Shown here: one piece after another, positions 38,959 through 48,473 of the stretch
Layout of the letters: every line of letters starts with the position of its first letter
Position numbering within the stretch: the stretch's first letter is position 1
IMG/VR virus record: IMGVR_UViG_3300023174_005819
Coordinates: 1 to 64,000 of that record
From: a virus
Direction: 5' to 3' (one strand)
Length of the DNA stretch: 64,000 nucleotides
Translations under genes and position numbers: made by a program
The notes under the pieces: model-generated
The model's input: the letters and a program-made list of their open reading frames with translations, nothing else
Database searches by the model: none
Told to the model about the DNA's origin: nothing

Positions 38959-40416
38959 ATGAAAATAGCAGTATTAATCTCTGGATATCTCAGATCTTTT
39001 AAATTAAATATATCTTTAATAAAATCTAAAATTTTAGATCAATATAAAAATGTTGATATATATATTCATATAACTAAAAATGAAATAAAAAATGATAAAT
39101 ATTTTAATATAACAAATGAAGTAGAAGATATTTCATATATAAAAAATATTTTAAATCCAAAATGTATTTTATTAGAAGACAATATTGATATCTTTAAAAA
39201 TCCAAAGAAAAACAATCTTTATAATACATGGATAAAATATTACAAGTTAAATGAAATTAAAAAAATAAATGAAAAATTAAATGGAAAATATGACTTGGTT
39301 GTAAAATATAGACCAGATTTAAATATAATAACTGATGAAATTTTTTTAAAACAAATAGAAGACAAAATATATATACCAGAAAAAAGTCTAATTGATATAT
39401 CTAAATTAGAAAATCCTAATGATAAATATATGTGCGATATATTTGCTTATGGCAAATCTAATTTAATGGATCAATATTTTAATATATATAATAAATTAGA
39501 AGAATTATCTCAAGAACACGGATATACTCCAGAAACAATCATTTACCAATATTTAAGTAAAGAACAAATTCCATATAAACTTATTGATTTAGATTATTCA
39601 ATGATTTTATCTATATGCAATACTTTTGCAATTTGTGGAGATTCTGGATCTGGAAAATCTACTTTGAGCAATATACTTCAAGAGTACTTCTCGAACTCTT
39701 TCGTTTTAGAATGCGATAGATACCATAAGTGGGAAAGGAATGACAAAAATTGGAAAAAGTTTACACATTTAAATCCAGAAGCAAATTATATAACAAAAAT
39801 GGAAAATGATATTTTTGATTTAAAAATTGGCAAGACAATTCACCAAGTTAATTATGATCATTCAAATGGAAAATTTACTCAAAAAGAAAAAATAGAAAAA
39901 TCAGACAATATAATTGTTTGCGGATTACATAGTTTATATTCAGAAAATCATGGAGCATATAACTTAAAAATATTTATTGATACAGATATTAATCTTAAAA
40001 CTAAATGGAAAATAAAAAGAGATATGCAAAACAGAGGCTATTCGATTGAAGAAACGCTAAAACAAATAGAAGCAAGAAAAGAAGATTATTATAAATATAT
40101 ATATCCCCAAAGAGATAAATCAGATATTATTATTAATTTCTTTACAGATAAGGATTTTGATATAACTAAAATTGATGAAGAAGATACTGTTAATTTAAGA
40201 ATTTTAATCAATAAAAAGTATTCTTTGATAGATATATTAAGTCATTTATCCAAAAAAGAAATACAATTCAAGATAAAATCGAATAATGAGATATTTAATG
40301 AAATTGTTTTTTATAAATATAAAAAATGTAATATTTTAGAAAACTCAAAGATATCCTTCGATAATTATTATGATTATATAATGTTTTTTATATTATCGTT
40401 GCAACAAAATCATTAA
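38959..40416 (+). CDS. fusion of a putative glycosyltransferase domain and a phosphoribulokinase/uridine-kinase-family domain
   Basis: N-terminal ISGYLRSF...YRPDL; C-terminal GDSGSGKST, DRYHKWER, YDHSNGKF, GLH, KIKRD..RGYS. Confidence 0.78.
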   Translation: MKIAVLISGYLRSFKLNISLIKSKILDQYKNVDIYIHITKNEIKNDKYFNITNEVEDISYIKNILNPKCILLEDNIDIFKNPKKNNLYNTWIKYYKLNEIKKINEKLNGKYDLVVKYRPDLNIITDEIFLKQIEDKIYIPEKSLIDISKLENPNDKYMCDIFAYGKSNLMDQYFNIYNKLEELSQEHGYTPETIIYQYLSKEQIPYKLIDLDYSMILSICNTFAICGDSGSGKSTLSNILQEYFSNSFVLECDRYHKWERNDKNWKKFTHLNPEANYITKMENDIFDLKIGKTIHQVNYDHSNGKFTQKEKIEKSDNIIVCGLHSLYSENHGAYNLKIFIDTDINLKTKWKIKRDMQNRGYSIEETLKQIEARKEDYYKYIYPQRDKSDIIINFFTDKDFDITKIDEEDTVNLRILINKKYSLIDILSHLSKKEIQFKIKSNNEIFNEIVFYKYKKCNILENSKISFDNYYDYIMFFILSLQQNH

Positions 40417-41075
40417 TGAATAAATTATTAGAATTAGCCCATTCTCTCGATAAATTCGTAGTAGGAATGGAGGGAAATGTTTCTCAAAGAATAAAAAATG
40501 ATTTTTTAATAAAAGCTAGTGGATGTAGTTTGAAAAAACTATCCGAACAAGATCTTGTATTATGTAATATAAAAGGGAAGCAAATTAATAATTTTAAAAA
40601 AAGACCTAGTATTGAAGCGCAATTTCATTCTATTTTATTCCAAAATATAAATATAGAATTTATAGCTCATAGCCATCCAATTAATACTTTAAAAATTTTA
40701 TGTACTGAATTAGTAGAGGAATTTGCAAATAATAGATTATTTCCAGATCAAGTTGTTTTCAATGGAATAAAATCGTGCGTTGTACCATATGTAGCACCAG
40801 GAATTGAATTAGCTATAGAAATTAATAAAAGTATAAATATCTTTAATCAATTTAATAAATATTTTCCTAAGTTAATTTTACTTAAAAATCATGGAGTTAT
40901 ATCTTTGGGTTCTACCGCAGAGGAATGCTTGGTTGCAACAGAGATATGTGAAAAAGCAGCAGAAATTTTCTTAGGATCAAAATTATCAGGAAGCATAAAT
41001 TTTTTAACTGAATCAGATCAATTAGAATTAGAAAAAGATCCAAATGAAATTTATAGAAAAGGTTTATTAACATGA
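40416..41075 (+). CDS. class II aldolase/epimerase family protein
   Basis: EGNVS, IKASG, PSIEAQFH, HSHP, LKNHG. Confidence 0.85.
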   Translation: MNKLLELAHSLDKFVVGMEGNVSQRIKNDFLIKASGCSLKKLSEQDLVLCNIKGKQINNFKKRPSIEAQFHSILFQNINIEFIAHSHPINTLKILCTELVEEFANNRLFPDQVVFNGIKSCVVPYVAPGIELAIEINKSINIFNQFNKYFPKLILLKNHGVISLGSTAEECLVATEICEKAAEIFLGSKLSGSINFLTESDQLELEKDPNEIYRKGLLT

Positions 41076-41365
41076 AGGTAATATATATCGATATAGACGA
41101 AACAATTTGCAATACTCCAGAAAGTAGGGATTATTTTCAAGCAACCCCAATAAAAGAAAATATAGAAAAAATAAATAAACTCTATGAACAAGGTAATACG
41201 ATTGTATATTGGACATCTAGAGGTAGTAGAAAACAAATTAATTGGTATGCATTAACTAAATCCCAATTAGACTCATGGGGAGTAAAATATCACGAATTAA
41301 GAGTAGATAAACCATACTATGATTTATTTATTGATGATAAAACATTAAGAATTGAAGAAGTATGA
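41072..41365 (+). CDS. small HAD phosphatase (capsule biosynthesis EcbF/BcbF-like)
   Basis: DIDETIC, WTSRG, KPYYDLFIDDK. Confidence 0.8.
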   Translation: MKVIYIDIDETICNTPESRDYFQATPIKENIEKINKLYEQGNTIVYWTSRGSRKQINWYALTKSQLDSWGVKYHELRVDKPYYDLFIDDKTLRIEEV

Positions 41366-41838
41366 AAATTATATCTCACAGAGGCAATATTAATGGAAAA
41401 GTCTTAGATAAGGAAAATAAACCCTCATATCTAGATTCTGCGATTTTCTCTAAAATTGAAGTAGAAGCAGACATTAGATGGATAGATAATAAATTTTATC
41501 TTGGCCATGACAATCCAGATTATATTATAAATGAAGAATGGATTTTAAAAAGAAAGGATTATATATGGTTTCATTGTAAAAATTTAGAAGCTGCACAAAA
41601 ACTAGAAACTTTATCTAAGGATATAAAATACTTTTGCCATACCAATGATCCATTTATATCTACTAGCACAAATCATTTTTGGGTTCATGATTTTACTTGT
41701 AATTTAAACAATCAATGCATTATACCATTATTAGATGAAATTGATATTAAAAATTTTAACAATAAAATTGTTTACGCGGTATGCACGGATTATGTAAATT
41801 TTTGTAAATATAATTTACGCCAAAAGGGATTATGCTAA
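41362..41838 (+). CDS. GDPD/PI-PLC-like phosphodiesterase
   Basis: ISHRGN, EVEADI, LGHD, WFHCKN, VCTDY. Confidence 0.75.
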   Translation: MKIISHRGNINGKVLDKENKPSYLDSAIFSKIEVEADIRWIDNKFYLGHDNPDYIINEEWILKRKDYIWFHCKNLEAAQKLETLSKDIKYFCHTNDPFISTSTNHFWVHDFTCNLNNQCIIPLLDEIDIKNFNNKIVYAVCTDYVNFCKYNLRQKGLC

Positions 41839-43400
41839 TTAAAGATAATATTCAACTTATAATTCCTATGTCGGGAAAAGGAAAGAGATTTGCTGAAGCT
41901 GGATATAAAACATTAAAACCATTGCTAGAAGTAGATGGTTTTCCAATGGTTCAACATGTATTAAATCTTTTTCCTGGAGTAACAGACATATCTTTCATTT
42001 GTGATGAAGCACATATAAAAGAAACTAATATGCTACAAATATTAAAATCAATTGCACCAAATGCCAAAATATTTAAAATTTATAATAACACAAAAGGTCC
42101 AGTAAATGCCGTATGTTCAATCGAAGAACATATAGACGAAAACAAAGAAGTAATTGTGTCTTATTGCGATTATGGTACAGATTGGGATTTCGACAAGTTC
42201 TTAGAAATAACTAGAAATGGAAATTTCGATGGAGCAATACCATGTTATACAGGATTTCACCCTCATATGTTGGGTAGCGATAATTACGCTTTTTGTAGAG
42301 AAGAAAATAAAATACTTTTAGAAATTAAGGAAAAAGAACCATTTACAAACAATAGAATGAATGAATACGCTTCAAATGGAACTTACTATTTTAAAACAGG
42401 ATCAATTCTTAAAAAATATTTTAAAGAATTAATTGACTTAGACCTTAATTTAAAAGGAGAATATTATGTCAGTTTAGTTTATAATCTTTTAGTTAGAGAC
42501 AATTTAAAAGTTAATATTTTTGAAATTAAAAAAATGCTTCAATGGGGAACGCCATATGATCTAGAGATATATAAAAGTTGGTCATCTTATTTTAGTAATA
42601 TTAAAAAACCTCAAACGCCAATCTACAATGATCCAGAAACTACATTAATTTTGCCAATGGCTGGAAGAGGAAGCAGATTTTCTGAAGAAGGTTATTCATT
42701 GCCAAAGCCATTATTAGAAGTAGACTCAAAACCAATGATAATACAAGCTGTAGATTGTCTTCCTCAATCACAAAATAATATATTTATATGTTTATCAGAG
42801 CATATTAAAAATTTTAATTTAGAAGAAAAATTAAAAAATAAATATTCAAATTGTAAGGTTTTATCTATAGACCGAACTACCCAAGGCCAAGCTTGTACTT
42901 GTGAATTAGCTATTAAAAACTTTAAATTAGACTTAAACAAACCAATCTTAATTTCCGCTTGTGATAACGGAGTTTACTATGATCAAGACAAGTATTTAAA
43001 ATTATTAGAAGATAAGAATAACGATATTATTGTTTGGTCTTTCAGAAATAACCAAACTAGTAAAGTGCATCCTAATATGTATTCTTGGTTAGACGTAGAT
43101 GGAGATAATAATTTAAAATATGTTTCTTCTAAAAAATTCATATATGATGATCCATTAAAAACTCATGCAATTATAGGAACTATGTTTTTTAGAAAAGCTA
43201 AATATTTTATGGATGGTCTACAAAAAAATTACGAAGAAAATATAACAACAAATAATGAATTTTATGTAGACGATGTATTGAATCAAAATATCAAAATGGG
43301 ATTAAATATAAAAGTATTTGAAGTTAAAAATTATATTTGTTGGGGAACTCCAGATGATTATAAAACTTATAATTATTGGAAAGATTATTTTAATAAATAA
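41832..43400 (+). CDS. tandem-domain sugar-phosphate nucleotidyltransferase
   Basis: Two copies of IPMxGxGxRF..GY..xKPL and WGTPxD. Confidence 0.85.
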   Translation: MLIKDNIQLIIPMSGKGKRFAEAGYKTLKPLLEVDGFPMVQHVLNLFPGVTDISFICDEAHIKETNMLQILKSIAPNAKIFKIYNNTKGPVNAVCSIEEHIDENKEVIVSYCDYGTDWDFDKFLEITRNGNFDGAIPCYTGFHPHMLGSDNYAFCREENKILLEIKEKEPFTNNRMNEYASNGTYYFKTGSILKKYFKELIDLDLNLKGEYYVSLVYNLLVRDNLKVNIFEIKKMLQWGTPYDLEIYKSWSSYFSNIKKPQTPIYNDPETTLILPMAGRGSRFSEEGYSLPKPLLEVDSKPMIIQAVDCLPQSQNNIFICLSEHIKNFNLEEKLKNKYSNCKVLSIDRTTQGQACTCELAIKNFKLDLNKPILISACDNGVYYDQDKYLKLLEDKNNDIIVWSFRNNQTSKVHPNMYSWLDVDGDNNLKYVSSKKFIYDDPLKTHAIIGTMFFRKAKYFMDGLQKNYEENITTNNEFYVDDVLNQNIKMGLNIKVFEVKNYICWGTPDDYKTYNYWKDYFNK

Positions 43401-43408
43401 AATTATTC

Positions 43409-44383
43409 ATGAATATTTTAATAACTGGTGGATTAGGATTTATTGGTTCTAATTTTATTAAATATATAATTCATAAAAATGAAGTAAATGTAATAATAAA
43501 TATAGATACAACAACAAAAAAACATACTTCATCTAATAAAAAAAATCTACAATCTATCGAAAATAATCCTAAATATAAATTTTATGATTTTTGGTTAGAT
43601 ATATTAGACTATTCTCCTTCGAAAGAAGAACTCAAAAGAATAATAAAAAATTATAATATAACTCATATAGTTCATTTTGCTGCTGAATCTCATGTTGATA
43701 ATTCAATATCTGACCCAAGAAGATTCATTCAATCTAATATATTAGGCACATTTAATCTTTTAGAAATTATTAGAGATTTTCCACAAATCAGATTTCATCA
43801 TATTTCTACTGATGAAGTTTATGGTAGTTTAGGAGAAAATGGAAAGTTTACAGAAACAACATCTTATGCCCCAAATTCTCCATATTCTGCATCAAAAGCC
43901 GCAAGTGATATGTTAGTTAGAGCATATAATCATACTTTTAAAAGTTTAATCACAATTTCTAATTGCTCTAATAATTATGGTCCAAATCAACATAATGAAA
44001 AATTTATACCAGTTGTTATTAATTCTATATTAAATAATAAAAAAATACCTGTTTATGGGAATGGAAAAAATATAAGAGATTGGATTTTTGTTAATGATCA
44101 TTGTGAAGCGGTATGGTCTATACTAAACAATGGTAAAATTGGAGATACCTATAATGTGGGCGGTAATTGTGAAAAAACAAACTTAGAGATTATTAATGAT
44201 ATTTGTGAAGTATTAAATGTTAATCCTCAAGATTACATATCTTTTGTAGAAGATCGTAAAGGACATGATTTTAGATACGCAATAGATAATGCTAAAATAA
44301 ACAAAGAATTAAACTGGTATCCAATTACATCTTTTAAAGATGGACTAAAACAAACAATTGATTTTTATAAAAATTTGTTATAA
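43409..44383 (+). CDS. rmlB: dTDP-glucose 4,6-dehydratase
   Basis: TGGLGFIGSN, HFAAESHVDNS, STDEVYG, YSASK, NNYGP, DRKGHDFRY. Confidence 0.93.
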   Translation: MNILITGGLGFIGSNFIKYIIHKNEVNVIINIDTTTKKHTSSNKKNLQSIENNPKYKFYDFWLDILDYSPSKEELKRIIKNYNITHIVHFAAESHVDNSISDPRRFIQSNILGTFNLLEIIRDFPQIRFHHISTDEVYGSLGENGKFTETTSYAPNSPYSASKAASDMLVRAYNHTFKSLITISNCSNNYGPNQHNEKFIPVVINSILNNKKIPVYGNGKNIRDWIFVNDHCEAVWSILNNGKIGDTYNVGGNCEKTNLEIINDICEVLNVNPQDYISFVEDRKGHDFRYAIDNAKINKELNWYPITSFKDGLKQTIDFYKNLL

Positions 44384-44392
44384 TATATCAAT

Positions 44393-45538
44393 ATGAGTTT
44401 AAATTTTCAAGAAACCTATTATGGTAAAAAGATAGATACTTCTAATATTTTAAATATTGAAGATGCCAGCAGAATAATTAATGGAAGAAAAACAGTAGTA
44501 ATAACTGGAGTGACTGGTCAAGATGGAAGTCATATGGTTGATTTTTTGCTTAAAAATACAGATTATCTTATTTTTGGTGGAGTAAGAAGATTGAGCGTAT
44601 ACAATCATGAAAATATTAAACATATTAAGTCTGATAGATTTCATCTTATTAATTTTGATTTAACTGATTCTCATGCTATATCTAGAACTGTAGAAAAATT
44701 ACAACCAGATTATTTTATTAACTTTGCTGCCCAAAGCTTTGTTGCAAGTAGCTGGGATTTCGCTAGACAAACTTGGCAAACTAATTCTACAGCAGTTCTT
44801 GATATTTTAGAAGCTATAAGACTTTATAAACCATCTTGCAGACTTTATCAAGCTGGTTCAAGTGAGGAATTCGGAAATGTACAATATACTCCTCAAGATG
44901 AAAATCATCCATTAAAACCAAGAAGTCCATATGGAGCAAGTAAAGCAGCTTCTCGTCAATTAGTTAAGGTATATAGAGAATCTTATAATATATATGCTAT
45001 TCAAGGTTGGCTTTTTAATCATGAAGGCACAAGAAGGGGTGAAGAATTTGTTACTAGAAAAATTACAAAAAATGTAGCAAGAATTTCTAATGCGGTTAAA
45101 AATAACAAAGAATTTAATCCACTTGAATTAGGTAATATAGATGCAAAAAGAGATTGGAGTGATGCAGAAGATTTTATAGAAGGTGTTTGGATGATGTTAA
45201 ATCAAGATAAATACAATCAAAATTACGATGGAGCACCAAAAGAATATATTTTCTCATCTAATGAAACTCATACCATTAGAGAATTCGCAGAAAAAGCCTT
45301 TGCTTGCGCTGGAATTACTGGCGAATGGATTGGTGAAAAAGAACATGAAGTATACATATCTAATGATAAGAAAGTATTAATTCAAATTAATCCAAAATTC
45401 TATAGACCAGCTGAAGTAGAACTTCTACTTGGAAATTCAGACAAAGCTAGAAAAGAGTTAAACTGGCATCCGAAAATTTCATTTGACAAATTAATAGAAA
45501 AGATGGTAAACTGGGACATTGAAAATCTCAAATCATAA
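44393..45538 (+). CDS. gmd: GDP-mannose 4,6-dehydratase
   Basis: ITGVTGQDGS, AAQSFV, PRSPYGASK, LFNHE, FVTRKIT, KRDW, FYRPAEV. Confidence 0.93.
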   Translation: MSLNFQETYYGKKIDTSNILNIEDASRIINGRKTVVITGVTGQDGSHMVDFLLKNTDYLIFGGVRRLSVYNHENIKHIKSDRFHLINFDLTDSHAISRTVEKLQPDYFINFAAQSFVASSWDFARQTWQTNSTAVLDILEAIRLYKPSCRLYQAGSSEEFGNVQYTPQDENHPLKPRSPYGASKAASRQLVKVYRESYNIYAIQGWLFNHEGTRRGEEFVTRKITKNVARISNAVKNNKEFNPLELGNIDAKRDWSDAEDFIEGVWMMLNQDKYNQNYDGAPKEYIFSSNETHTIREFAEKAFACAGITGEWIGEKEHEVYISNDKKVLIQINPKFYRPAEVELLLGNSDKARKELNWHPKISFDKLIEKMVNWDIENLKS

Positions 45539-45854
45539 ACTTTGTCAATTAATAGTTAAAAAATTTATTAAAGGAAATATTAATTGGCCAAGAGAAATTA
45601 AAATCGCTCAAAAATTGGTTAAAAAATTCAATTCTTTTGATTTTTGGGATAATCTAAAAGACTTAGGAAGCCCACCACCTTCATTAGCTTGGTTCCTTAA
45701 ACCAGAAGGTAAGGCTTTTATATTAAAAGAATATGAAAGTTTTAATTTAAATCTAAATATAGAAATAATAAAATTAGAACAAGATAAAGTTCAAGACGAT
45801 AAAAAGATTTGTAAAAAACCTAAAAGTTTGATAGAATTTATAAGACAAAAATGA
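45519..45854 (+). CDS. hypothetical protein
   Basis: 111-aa ORF overlapping both neighbours in the operon. Confidence 0.55.
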   Translation: MKISNHKLCQLIVKKFIKGNINWPREIKIAQKLVKKFNSFDFWDNLKDLGSPPPSLAWFLKPEGKAFILKEYESFNLNLNIEIIKLEQDKVQDDKKICKKPKSLIEFIRQK

Positions 45855-46555
45855 AAAATATAGCTCTCACTTCTGCGATAAATTATAATGATTATTTAAA
45901 AATTTTCAAACAACATAATTATAATTATTTTGATGAAATATATGTAGTTACAGATACAAAGGAAGATAATGAACTACAAGAGATATGTAGTGATTCTAAA
46001 TTTAAATTAATAAAAACTGATAAATTTTATACTTTTGAAAATCAACCAGCAAAATTCAATCGAGGCGCAGCTTATACATACGCTATGAGTTTATTGCAAA
46101 ATCCAGAAATAATTACAATTATAGACGCTGATACTCTACTACCAGAGAGTTATCATAGTATATTTACAGAATTAAAATATAAAAAATTTGATTATATGGT
46201 GAGTGCTAGAAGATTCGTATTAGAAACTTATCAAGATTATTCAAAAGTCTTTTTAGAAAAAGATCCAAATTATAAATTGGAAATAAGAAGTTCTGATTGG
46301 GGTTGGGGATATTTACAAATTTTTCATGCAAAAAGTAAATGGTTAAAAAACGGGCTTGTATATCCAGAAAATTATGATTGTGCAGTATCAGATTTTATGT
46401 TTAGAAGGCAATTTGGATGGCATATTTTTAGACAAGATACAGAAGAACATTATTGGGATCCAGAGGCGCAAGTATGCTTAAGGCAATTTCCAGTATATGG
46501 TCTAGGTCCAAATAATATTAATTCAAGAGGTCGCCGTGCACCAGAATTTAAATAA
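45851..46555 (+). CDS. GT-A-like glycosyltransferase
   Basis: FNRGAA, IIDADTLLP (DxD), GYLQIFH. Confidence 0.6.
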   Translation: MKNIALTSAINYNDYLKIFKQHNYNYFDEIYVVTDTKEDNELQEICSDSKFKLIKTDKFYTFENQPAKFNRGAAYTYAMSLLQNPEIITIIDADTLLPESYHSIFTELKYKKFDYMVSARRFVLETYQDYSKVFLEKDPNYKLEIRSSDWGWGYLQIFHAKSKWLKNGLVYPENYDCAVSDFMFRRQFGWHIFRQDTEEHYWDPEAQVCLRQFPVYGLGPNNINSRGRRAPEFK

Positions 46556-46594
46556 TTTAGTTGCATTTTGTTAAAAGAAAGGTATAATAAAATT

Positions 46595-47737
46595 ATGGGA
46601 AGAAAACCTAAAGAAGAAATCGTCCAATCATCTGGTCCAAGTTCATCAGATAGATTGTTATCATTTTTAAAAGAAAATAAAGAAGATCATTATAATTTCG
46701 AAGATGAAATTTATTATAAAGTATCAACTGGTAGTTTAAATCTCGATATCGCTACAAGTGGTGGCTTGTGTCCAGGTTTACATAGATTTATTGGTATGAA
46801 TGAAGGCGGTAAAACTTCAGAAGCCCTTGAGGTAACAAAGAATTTTCTTAAATCGGTAGAAAATTCAAGAGCTTTACTTTTTAAAGCAGAGGGAAGATTA
46901 AGCAAGGAAATTAAAGATCGTTCTGGTATTAAGTTTGTAACTGACCCAAAAGAATGGGTTGACGGAACTTGTTTCGTATTTGAATGTAATATTTTTGAAA
47001 CAGTTTCAGAATTAATGAAAGATCTTATCCAGTCTAATGATGAAAATAAGAGATATATGTTTATTTTAGATTCAGTTGACGGTTTGATGACAAAAGGTGA
47101 CTCTCAAAAAAGCATGACCGAAGCAACAAAGGTTGCTGGCGGAGCAGTTATTTCTTCTATGTTGATGAAGAGAATCTCTCTTGCACTTTCTAAACGTGGT
47201 CATATGGCAATTTTTATTAGTCAAGTTCGATCTGATATTAAACTCGATCCTTATGCCGCGAATAAGGATATTCGTCAAACTACTGCGACTGGTGGAAATG
47301 CATTATTGCATTTCGCTAATTGGATTCTTGAATTTGAACCAAAGTTCAACAAAGACCTTATTCTTGAAAAACCAAATGACAAATATGATCCAGTTAAGAA
47401 TAAAATTATTGGACATAACGTTAAGATTGTTATTAAAAAATCCACAAATGAATCTACAAACTCTAAGATTCAATACCCAATCAAATATGGTCGTAAAGAT
47501 GGTTCTTCTGTTTGGAGAGAATACGAAATTATTGATCAAATTTTGGCTTGGGAATTTGCAACAGCAAAAGGAGCATGGGTTACTTTTTCTGATGAGATCA
47601 TTGAAGAACTTAAAAAAGTAAATCTAGAACTTAAGAAGCAACATCAAGGAATAGATAATCTAAGATCTTATCTCGAAGAGAATAAACCAATCGTAGATTA
47701 TTTTTATAATAAATTCATTAATACTCTTGCATCATGA
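46595..47737 (+). CDS. recA: RecA/UvsX-like recombinase
   Basis: STGSLNLDIATSGG, Walker A GMNEGGKT, ILDSVDGL, ISQVR, TGGNALLHFA; likely start 46595 after TTGCAT...TATAAT. Confidence 0.88.
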   Translation: MGRKPKEEIVQSSGPSSSDRLLSFLKENKEDHYNFEDEIYYKVSTGSLNLDIATSGGLCPGLHRFIGMNEGGKTSEALEVTKNFLKSVENSRALLFKAEGRLSKEIKDRSGIKFVTDPKEWVDGTCFVFECNIFETVSELMKDLIQSNDENKRYMFILDSVDGLMTKGDSQKSMTEATKVAGGAVISSMLMKRISLALSKRGHMAIFISQVRSDIKLDPYAANKDIRQTTATGGNALLHFANWILEFEPKFNKDLILEKPNDKYDPVKNKIIGHNVKIVIKKSTNESTNSKIQYPIKYGRKDGSSVWREYEIIDQILAWEFATAKGAWVTFSDEIIEELKKVNLELKKQHQGIDNLRSYLEENKPIVDYFYNKFINTLAS

Positions 47738-48153
47738 GATTATTGAATATTAACGGCAAGCTCGTTAATAAAAATGTAAGAAACTACGAAATAGATTGGG
47801 ATGGAAAATGCAGAAGCAAATTGCAATTTAAATTCAAGCAATTCTTCTATCCTTACTGGAAAAATCATATTGTTTATGAAGAGTTTCCAGTTTATGGAAG
47901 CATGCTTAAAGTAGATTTATTAAATGCTACGAAAAAGATAGCAGTTGAGATACAAGGCAATCAACACGAGAGTTTCAATAAATTCTTTCACGATAATTCT
48001 AGATTAAAATATCTTCAAAGCATAAAAAGAGATGTTAAGAAAGAAAAATGGCTTGAAATGAATGGATTTAAATTCTTAGAACTCTACGAAAATGATTTAA
48101 AAAGTCTGTCACCACAATATATAGAAGAAAAGTGCGGAATATTAATTATTTAA
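47734..48153 (+). CDS. Vsr/DUF559-like endonuclease
   Basis: EEFPV...VDL...AVEIQGNQH...RDVKKEKWLEMNG. Confidence 0.7.
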   Translation: MRLLNINGKLVNKNVRNYEIDWDGKCRSKLQFKFKQFFYPYWKNHIVYEEFPVYGSMLKVDLLNATKKIAVEIQGNQHESFNKFFHDNSRLKYLQSIKRDVKKEKWLEMNGFKFLELYENDLKSLSPQYIEEKCGILII

Positions 48154-48168
48154 GTGTAAAATTCTGTA

Positions 48169-48432
48169 GTGACAAATAAGAAAAAATTTAATTTCCCACC
48201 TGCTCTTTTAAAACAAATTGATGAATGCAGTTTTGGTGGATATATTCTTTTTAATTTTTCTAATAAAGGTGAACCTCAAGTATATACTAAATTTGATAAT
48301 CAAATAAATGCTATGGCTCTTTTATATTATTTAAATACATGGGGACAAAGCATAGACCAACTTAATCTAGAAGCCACTACTGATTTAATAGCAAGAAAAA
48401 ACGAAGAAGAAGATTCAGAAGAACAAGATTAA
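48169..48432 (+). CDS. hypothetical protein
   Basis: 87-aa ORF; GTG start 9 nt after GTGTAA. Confidence 0.6.
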   Translation: MTNKKKFNFPPALLKQIDECSFGGYILFNFSNKGEPQVYTKFDNQINAMALLYYLNTWGQSIDQLNLEATTDLIARKNEEEDSEEQD

Positions 48433-48435
48433 AAC

Positions 48436-48464
48436 TTGACTTTTAATTTCTAGTTTGGTATCAT
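48436..48464 (+). promoter_or_regulatory. sigma70-type promoter for dnaB
   Basis: TTGACT (48436-48441), 17 nt, TATCAT (48459-48464), 9 nt, ATG. Confidence 0.7.
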
Positions 48465-48473
48465 ATATAAAGG

